A stretch of 64,000 nt of DNA, taken from contig JBNKBE010000006.1 of the NCBI GenBank assembly GCA_050287085.1, positions 170,381 to 234,380 of the forward strand. The letters run 5' to 3'. Shown here in pieces: positions 57,735 to 64,000 of the stretch (its first letter is position 1; the number at the start of each line of letters is the position of its first letter). The translations under genes and the position numbers were made by a program. This DNA comes from Polyangiaceae bacterium. GTDB taxonomy: Bacteria; Myxococcota_A; Polyangia; Polyangiales; Polyangiaceae. The notes below the pieces were generated by a model that was given only the letters and a program-made list of their open reading frames with translations, was not told the origin of the DNA and ran no database searches.

Positions 57735-59618
57735 CTATAGGTAGGGGTTCTCGACGTCGAGGCGCTTCGCTGGTTTCTTCTTTGGGCTCGCGACGTTAGG
57801 CGCCGGACTCGGCAGCGCGCGCGGGCGCGGCGAAACGGGGACGGCGCCGGCGCCAGAAGGCGTCTGCGCTCGCTGAGCAGCCGCTCCCGACTCGACCGGA
57901 GAGCTCTCCGAGCCCACCTCGCTCCCGTTTCCCTCCCGGGGTGTTGCTGCTACGACGGATGCCGAGCTCGACGGCGGATCTGCCGGCTCGGCACTCGACG
58001 CCGAGTGCACGGACGCACTCGAGGACGCGGATGCCGCACGCAGGGCGTGAGCGCTTTCACCCTCACCTCGCTGGGCAGACGGCTCGCTCTGGCTCGAAGA
58101 GCCCAGTACGATGCCCACCACCAGCACGCCGAGAGCAAGCCCCGACGCCGCGAACATCCATAACGAACGCCGAGAGCGGCTGGGACTCGCAAACGGTGCC
58201 ACGGGCTCCAGCAAAGGGGACGGCGCGGAAGGCGCTGCCTCCGAACGCGGCAGCGCCGACCCCGGCCCCCAGGGCAAGGGACGAGCGACGGCGCCAGCGG
58301 GCAAAGGAGGCGGCACGGCTACGGGCGAAGCGACCCCGGACGAAGCGACCCCGGACAGCAGCGCCGCGGGAGGTGGCGCGGCAAGCGGCGCTGCAGCAGG
58401 CGGCGCTGCGGAAGCAGGAGCTGTCCGAGCTGGCGGCGCGGGTCGGGCACGCCTCAAAGGCACCGCCGGTTGCACGGACGAATCGGGGGGGGATTCGACG
58501 ACCTCAACCGAGGCGCGGAGCAGCGGTGGAGGGCCCGACGTCGCGGGTCGCACGCTCGACATCTCGCCCACGGGCTGGCCCGGCGCTACCTGCGCCTGGG
58601 GAATGGCCCCTGTGCCGAGCTGCTGAGACCAGGCTCGCAGCGCCTGCCGATGCCGCGCGATCGGAGCCGCCGCCATCTCTTCGACGTACTGAGCCACATC
58701 GCGATGGGTGGCCAGCAAGCCCGCAGCCATCGCGGCTCGCTCGAGCGAATCAGCAAATTCGAGACAAGACTGAAACCGTTGGTGCGTCTCGCGCTGGAGG
58801 GCCTTGAGACAGATGGCCGCAATCTGCTCCGGGACCTGCGGATTGACCCGCCGAGGAGAGACGATCCGCTCGCTCAGCACCCGGTTGAGGGTAGCAACGT
58901 GATTGTCTGCCTTGAAGAGACGCCTGAAGGCGAGCACCTCCCAAAGGACAACCCCAGCGGCAAAGACGTCCGTCGTACGCTCGACATCCTCCTCGCCACG
59001 CGCCTGCTCAGGCGCCATATAGGCCAACTTGCCTTTCAACGTGCCAGCGCGAGTAGCGGACAGGCGGCTTGCTGCCCGAGCCACCCCAAAGTCAGTGATG
59101 CGCGCGATGCCGTCCGTTCCGACCAGCGCGTTCTGCGGCGACACATCCCGATGCACCAACCCGATAGGCTCTCCGGTGGCGCTCTTGAGTTCGTGCGCCG
59201 CATGCAGTCCGTGAAGTAAGTCAACGACGATACGGAGCGAGACGGGCAAAGGGATACGACTGCCGCGCGCCGCCGACTCGGACAGGAGCGCAGCGAGCGT
59301 GTCACCCTCGATGTACTCCATCACCAGGAAGTAGCCGGACTCCGCATGCCCCAGCTCCAGAATGGGCACAACATTCGGATGATGAATAAGCGCCGCAACC
59401 CTCGCTTCATCCAAGAACATCTGAACGAACTCCGCGTTCTTGTTCAGATGCGGGTGAAGACGCTTGAGAGCAACCGTGCGCTGGAAGCCACCCATGCCGG
59501 CCAGTCGCGCAAGAAAGACGGTGGCCATTCCGCCCACTGCAATCTCGGCGACCAGGTGGTAGCGACCCAGTTGGGCCCCTACCGTGGGGCCCAGATTCTC
59601 TTCGATAGGTGACGTCAG
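57735..59618 (-). CDS. Membrane Ser/Thr protein kinase
   Basis: GRYHLVAEIAVGGMATV, VALKR, FLDEAR, VHRDVSPQN, DFGVA, GKLAYMAPEQ, Pro/Ala linker, TM, and terminal NPY. Start placed at an inferred CTG. Confidence 0.93.
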   Translation of the reverse strand: MTSPIEENLGPTVGAQLGRYHLVAEIAVGGMATVFLARLAGMGGFQRTVALKRLHPHLNKNAEFVQMFLDEARVAALIHHPNVVPILELGHAESGYFLVMEYIEGDTLAALLSESAARGSRIPLPVSLRIVVDLLHGLHAAHELKSATGEPIGLVHRDVSPQNALVGTDGIARITDFGVARAASRLSATRAGTLKGKLAYMAPEQARGEEDVERTTDVFAAGVVLWEVLAFRRLFKADNHVATLNRVLSERIVSPRRVNPQVPEQIAAICLKALQRETHQRFQSCLEFADSLERAAMAAGLLATHRDVAQYVEEMAAAPIARHRQALRAWSQQLGTGAIPQAQVAPGQPVGEMSSVRPATSGPPPLLRASVEVVESPPDSSVQPAVPLRRARPAPPARTAPASAAPPAAAPLAAPPPAALLSGVASSGVASPVAVPPPLPAGAVARPLPWGPGSALPRSEAAPSAPSPLLEPVAPFASPSRSRRSLWMFAASGLALGVLVVGIVLGSSSQSEPSAQRGEGESAHALRAASASSSASVHSASSAEPADPPSSSASVVAATPREGNGSEVGSESSPVESGAAAQRAQTPSGAGAVPVSPRPRALPSPAPNVASPKKKPAKRLDVENPYL

Positions 59619-60850
59619 AAGGCCCCCCTTGCTCCCATCATCGATGCTCCGCCGGGCCCGACCCAGGAGTGCATTGCGACCCCGCTAGCGCCCGGGTCCT
59701 CCGCCTCGGCCGCTGCAAAATCTGTGAAGAGCGCCAACGTCACAACAACGGCCACGCTCGCCGCGCTGACGCCCCAGAGGATGTTGGTTCGCCGCTGATT
59801 TTTGAGTCCGCGCTGGTAGGTCGGACAACTCACGTCGCCGGCAACGCAATCGCGCAGCACCGCTTCCTTCCCCGGGTTGTTCTGCGTGTCGATGGCGCTC
59901 CACGTCGCCGCACCGAGCAGCGCCGCCGAAACCCCGACGCCGCTATAAAGCCAGAGCGGACTGAGCCCCTTCGCCTCCCGAGCTGAGGACCGTCCTGCAG
60001 TGTCGCCGATGGGGGGGCTCGAACTCGACGTGACCGCGCCGTCGTGGACCCCCGCACGCGCCGGCTCGGACGCTCGCGCCTCGCCCTCGCTGACTCCGAA
60101 CTGCAGAGTCTCCGATGCGCCGCGCTCCACGCTGAAGCTACGAACGTCGCTCTGCTGCACCCCTTCTGCCACCCAGGATACGCGTACCTGGTGGCTGCCC
60201 GGCGTGACATAGAAGGTTCTCTGCCGCAGCGCGGGACCGTGTTGCGGCTGATCGTCGAGAACGACCAAGCACCCACTCGAACAACGCAGGAGCAGCCGGC
60301 CGCCGTCCTGCTTGGCGTGCTTGAGCCATGCCGCGTGCTGCTCGAAGCGGGCGTCTCCTGGATACAATTGCTGGCCGAGGCTTATCAACGTAGCCGCTTC
60401 GGCACTACGGCCCGCTTCCTCATACGAACCGATGGCCAGGTCGAGCACTAGCGGATTGGGTACCAGGGAGTCCGCTCGCAGGAAATGCGACGCGGCGCTC
60501 ATGTAGTCACCGTCGTTGAAGGCATCCTTGCCCACGCTAAAAGCGCTGGCCGCTTGCGCTTTGACGCCCGAGTCATCGACGCTTGGGTCGTCGCTCGGGG
60601 CTGACTCCGCGCTAACCTCCTCCGCGTCCGGAGCCGTCGCGACGTCCCCATCGACAGTACCCGAGCCCAGGCCCGGGTCCTCCGCTGAGCTCTCGTCGAC
60701 GCTTCCAGACCGCTCGCCCTGTTCGCTTTCCGCCGCCAAAGGCGCGGCGCTGGCCTCTTGAGCCACCGCGGAGCTCACCAGGAGCCAGCCGCCCAGCGTC
60801 CACACACAAGCGAGGACGCTGTAGAAGAGGCAAGTGCGCGACCGTCTCAT
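59615..60850 (-). CDS. Secreted TPR + PEGA-like protein
   Basis: Signal peptide, TPR-like AF..GDY..AA..F, PEGA-like V.PG.H.V.V, and C-terminal hydrophobic segments. Confidence 0.75.
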   Translation of the reverse strand: MRRSRTCLFYSVLACVWTLGGWLLVSSAVAQEASAAPLAAESEQGERSGSVDESSAEDPGLGSGTVDGDVATAPDAEEVSAESAPSDDPSVDDSGVKAQAASAFSVGKDAFNDGDYMSAASHFLRADSLVPNPLVLDLAIGSYEEAGRSAEAATLISLGQQLYPGDARFEQHAAWLKHAKQDGGRLLLRCSSGCLVVLDDQPQHGPALRQRTFYVTPGSHQVRVSWVAEGVQQSDVRSFSVERGASETLQFGVSEGEARASEPARAGVHDGAVTSSSSPPIGDTAGRSSAREAKGLSPLWLYSGVGVSAALLGAATWSAIDTQNNPGKEAVLRDCVAGDVSCPTYQRGLKNQRRTNILWGVSAASVAVVVTLALFTDFAAAEAEDPGASGVAMHSWVGPGGASMMGARGAF

Positions 60851-61134
60851 GCCCCGCTCTGCGGCGGGGCCTAAGACAAACTCATCGCCCCCGTCGCCGG
60901 GGGCCGTCTGGGCTAGTTCTTCCGGAAATTTCATCAGCGGGGACCCGTGTTGGCTCGGTCCAAAGGGGCTGCATTATCATATGTAGAAATGCGAACCCCG
61001 GGTCCAGAGAACCCGCGGCCAGAAGGCACCACAACCGCACTACGTACAGTCACCTACCGGCGAAGGTTCCGATTTCGCATCCCTGATTGCGACCGCACGG
61101 TATTCATCTGTGCAGGCTGCAGGAAGGCCGGGCC

Positions 61135-62490
61135 TCACATATTGACGAGGAGCTGGTCGGGGCTCTGCAGCATCCCGATCACGTCGTTGGTGAAAGCTGC
61201 GCCGTCGGCCCCGTCAATGATGCGGTGGTCAAACGACAGACTCAGATCCATCACGTGTCCAACGACTATCTCGTCGTTCTTCACCACCGGACGCTTCTTC
61301 ATTTCCGGGACAAACAAGATCCCCACCTCGGGGTAATTGACAACGGGCGTTGCCATCAGCCCACCGAGCTTTCCGAGGGATGTGATGGTGAAAGACGAGC
61401 CCCCAAGATCCTCGCGCCGCGTCTTGCCTATCCGAGCTTCGTGCGCCAGGCGCCAAATCTCTTGGGCGATATCCACTAGCGTCATGCGGTCAGCACCACG
61501 CAAAACGGGGACGATCAGCCCCGCGGGCGTCGCGACGGCGATACCGATATCGTAGGTCTTCCGCATCACGATCTCCTTACTGGTATCGTCGACCAGAGAG
61601 TTCATGATCGGATGACGCTTGAGGGCGGCGACAACCGCTTTGACGATGAAAGGCAGGAAGCTGAGCTTTGCGGCACCAACGCCAGGCACGACCTCTGGAA
61701 GCGCGGCAAGCGCTGCCTCCGCGTGAGACTTCAACCTTCCACGCAGAGCCCGGAGCTCCGTGCACTCGCACTCGTCGACGTAGGTGAAGTGCGCGGCAGT
61801 GTGGACGGAACGCGCCATGCTTTCGTAGGTGCGCTTGCGCATCCCACGTATTGGAATTCGCTCTTCGGCTGCGCCAACTGGTACCGGCGCAGCGGCGGGT
61901 ACCGGCGCAATGGCGGGGGCCGCCGCCGCGGAGCTCGCCACCACCCCACCCCCGGCGGCGAAGCGCTCCACATCCTCACGCGTGACGCGTCCGGCTTCAC
62001 CCGTCGGCGGCACCCGCTGAATGTCAACGCCCAGCTCACGAGCCAGCTTGCGCGTGGCCGGTGCAGCCAATGGCTTGTCGTTGAAATAGTCACCCGTGGC
62101 AGGCGCCGCGCTTTTCGCCACGGCCGGAGCCGGCGCCTGCGCCGGAGCTTGCACCAGGGCCCCGGTGCCCGGCAGTTCATCTTTGATGTCACCGGCAGCG
62201 GAGGCCGCGGGGGCCTCTGCCGCGGCCGGTTCTGGCGCCGCACCCGCACCGTCCGTCTCCAACACGACGATGACCTCCCCAACGGGCACCGTGTCCCCTT
62301 CTTGCGCGTTGATCTGCGCAACGACACCCGCGCGCGGCGCCCCGATGGTGACGGTCGCCTTGTCGGTCATGACTTCGACCATGTCCTGGTCCTCAGCGAT
62401 ATTGTCACCGACCTTGACGAGCCAGCTAACAATCTCACCCTCCGATACGCCTTCACCAATATCCGGAAGTTTGAACTCGAACTTTGACAT
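61135..62490 (-). CDS. Dihydrolipoamide acyltransferase E2 (2-oxoacid dehydrogenase)
   Basis: Lipoyl domain LPDIGEG...TDKA, E3-binding AAPATRKLARE, and catalytic FDHRIIDG. Confidence 0.96.
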   Translation of the reverse strand: MSKFEFKLPDIGEGVSEGEIVSWLVKVGDNIAEDQDMVEVMTDKATVTIGAPRAGVVAQINAQEGDTVPVGEVIVVLETDGAGAAPEPAAAEAPAASAAGDIKDELPGTGALVQAPAQAPAPAVAKSAAPATGDYFNDKPLAAPATRKLARELGVDIQRVPPTGEAGRVTREDVERFAAGGGVVASSAAAAPAIAPVPAAAPVPVGAAEERIPIRGMRKRTYESMARSVHTAAHFTYVDECECTELRALRGRLKSHAEAALAALPEVVPGVGAAKLSFLPFIVKAVVAALKRHPIMNSLVDDTSKEIVMRKTYDIGIAVATPAGLIVPVLRGADRMTLVDIAQEIWRLAHEARIGKTRREDLGGSSFTITSLGKLGGLMATPVVNYPEVGILFVPEMKKRPVVKNDEIVVGHVMDLSLSFDHRIIDGADGAAFTNDVIGMLQSPDQLLVNM

Positions 62491-63470
62491 CAATCTTGGT
62501 CTTTCGCAGTCTTGAGAATGGCAGGTAGTATGCGGTGCGACAGAGGTAGATACTCCATCTCGAGCGCATAGGGAAACGGGGTATCAAAGCCCGTAACGCG
62601 AACTGGCGGCGCCTGAAGGTGGTAAAATGATCTTTCGGTCAACAGGCTGACGATCTCTGCTCCGAGGCCCCCCGTACGCGGCGCCTCATGCACCACCACC
62701 AAGCGCCCGGTCTTGCGCACCGACGCAACAACGGTGTCAATGTCGAGCGGCCACAGCGTGCGCAGGTCGATGACCTCAGCATCGACCCCCTGTTCCGACG
62801 CCTTGGCGGCTGCGTCGAGAATCTCATAGATCATGGCGCCGTACCCCACCACGGTGACGTCGCGGCCCGGACGGGGAACCGCCGCTGAGCCCAGGGGTAC
62901 GAGGTACTCGCCTTCCGGAACCTCGCCCTTGGCTGCGCGATATACGCGCTTCGGCTCGAAGAAGATCACCGGATCCGGATCGCGCACCGAGGCTAGAAGC
63001 AAGCCCTTGGCATCCCTCGGGTTCGAGGGACAGACCAGCTTGATGCCCGGCACGGGCAAGAACTGAGCTTCCGGATGCTGAGAATGGTAGTGCCCACCGC
63101 GGATGCCGCCGCCCACGGGCGTTCGGATCACCATTGAGGCGCTGAAATCGCCACCGGAGCGGTAGCGCAGCTTGCTCAATTCGTTGACGATCTGGTCGTA
63201 GGCGGGCCAGAAGAAGTCGGAAAACTGCATCTCGGGAATCGGCACCAGGCCGTACATCGCCATGCCGACGGCGCAGCCGATGATACCGAGCTCGCTCAGC
63301 GGCGTATCGATGACTCGGTCGTCCCCAAATTCGGCGTGCAACCCCTGCGTGACGCGAAAAACGCCACCGACACGGCCCACATCCTCACCGAGAACGACCA
63401 CGCGATCGTCACGCCTCATTTCGAGCCGCAGGCCGTCGTTGATCGCCTGAACCATGTTTAGCAGAGGCAT
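62490..63470 (-). CDS. 2-oxoacid dehydrogenase E1 beta subunit
   Basis: GEDVG..GGVFR.T, DTPLSE, EMQF, HSQ, FFEPK, DLRTL.PLD and KTGR. Confidence 0.96.
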   Translation of the reverse strand: MPLLNMVQAINDGLRLEMRRDDRVVVLGEDVGRVGGVFRVTQGLHAEFGDDRVIDTPLSELGIIGCAVGMAMYGLVPIPEMQFSDFFWPAYDQIVNELSKLRYRSGGDFSASMVIRTPVGGGIRGGHYHSQHPEAQFLPVPGIKLVCPSNPRDAKGLLLASVRDPDPVIFFEPKRVYRAAKGEVPEGEYLVPLGSAAVPRPGRDVTVVGYGAMIYEILDAAAKASEQGVDAEVIDLRTLWPLDIDTVVASVRKTGRLVVVHEAPRTGGLGAEIVSLLTERSFYHLQAPPVRVTGFDTPFPYALEMEYLPLSHRILPAILKTAKDQD

Positions 63471-63492
63471 TCGTCAGTTGCTCCCGAAAGCG

Positions 63493-64000
63493 TCAATGCT
63501 GCGGTGCGCGGGGACCGGTGAGCAGTTGCTGGCATTGCTCATCGAGGTTCCACGTTCGCTCCGCATAGACGTCGTCAAACATCGACTCTAGGGATGGCTT
63601 CGGTTGCGCTTCCGCCGACGCCACCGCCGCTTTGAACTCAGTCTCGATGCGCGTTTTGAGATCCATATCAGCGGCTTCCGACCAAGCGTCGTTGCGCTCT
63701 AGGTAGCCGCGCACCAGCGCCAGCGGATCTCGCGATTTCCAAGCTTCTAGGTCCTCAGGACCACGGTAGGCGTTCGGATCGTCGTTGGTCGAGTGCCCAC
63801 CCATCCGGTAGGTCAATGCTTCGATTAGCGTGGGCCCCTCTCCCCGGCTGGCACGCGCTATGGCGCGGCGCACCTCATAGACGATCGCAAACAGATCGTT
63901 TCCGTCGACTCTTACCCCCGGCACCCCGTAAGCGTCCGCCTTTTGCGCAAAGGTGGCGGACGCCGTCTGACGCTCCGTGGGGACACTGATGGCCCAACCG
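63493..64000 (-). CDS. 2-oxoacid dehydrogenase E1 alpha subunit, C-terminal part
   Basis: WAISVP, VDGND, GPTLIEA.TYR..HST.DDP..YR. Truncated by the window edge. Confidence 0.95.
   Translation of the reverse strand, partial: GWAISVPTERQTASATFAQKADAYGVPGVRVDGNDLFAIVYEVRRAIARASRGEGPTLIEALTYRMGGHSTNDDPNAYRGPEDLEAWKSRDPLALVRGYLERNDAWSEAADMDLKTRIETEFKAAVASAEAQPKPSLESMFDDVYAERTWNLDEQCQQLLTGPRAPQH

Overview
GC-rich core-chromosome segment. The gene repertoire (Hanks-type Ser/Thr kinases, TPR/PEGA, FHA, zinc-ribbon/GYF, DUF4388-J-domain, many Cys-rich lipoproteins) suggests a myxobacterium, probably Polyangiales/Sorangiineae (inference). Housekeeping genes include pyrR-pyrB, murI-hom, lon, fmt, serC-tsaC-purD-ddl, hisZ, obgE, dnaB, the prs-rplY-pth-rpsF-rpsR-rplI operon with an S6:S18 leader, a 2-oxoacid dehydrogenase E1a-E1b-E2 operon and tRNA-Leu(CAA). 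No integrase, transposase, prophage or CRISPR array is visible. The most unusual locus is at 31.1-33.8 kb. There, a BCP/PrxQ peroxiredoxin fused to a histone-H1-like (KKATA)n tail is transcribed divergently from a coupled pair: an unknown internally duplicated protein and a full-length homologue of the eukaryotic histidine methyltransferase METTL9/DREV. Other oddities are a rhomboid lacking both catalytic residues, a kinase that apparently needs a CTG start, a HemQ/Cld-family protein with an atypical distal residue, a protein with three Cys-rich repeats, and several structured or repeated intergenic elements. All family assignments come from motif recognition by eye, not from database searches.
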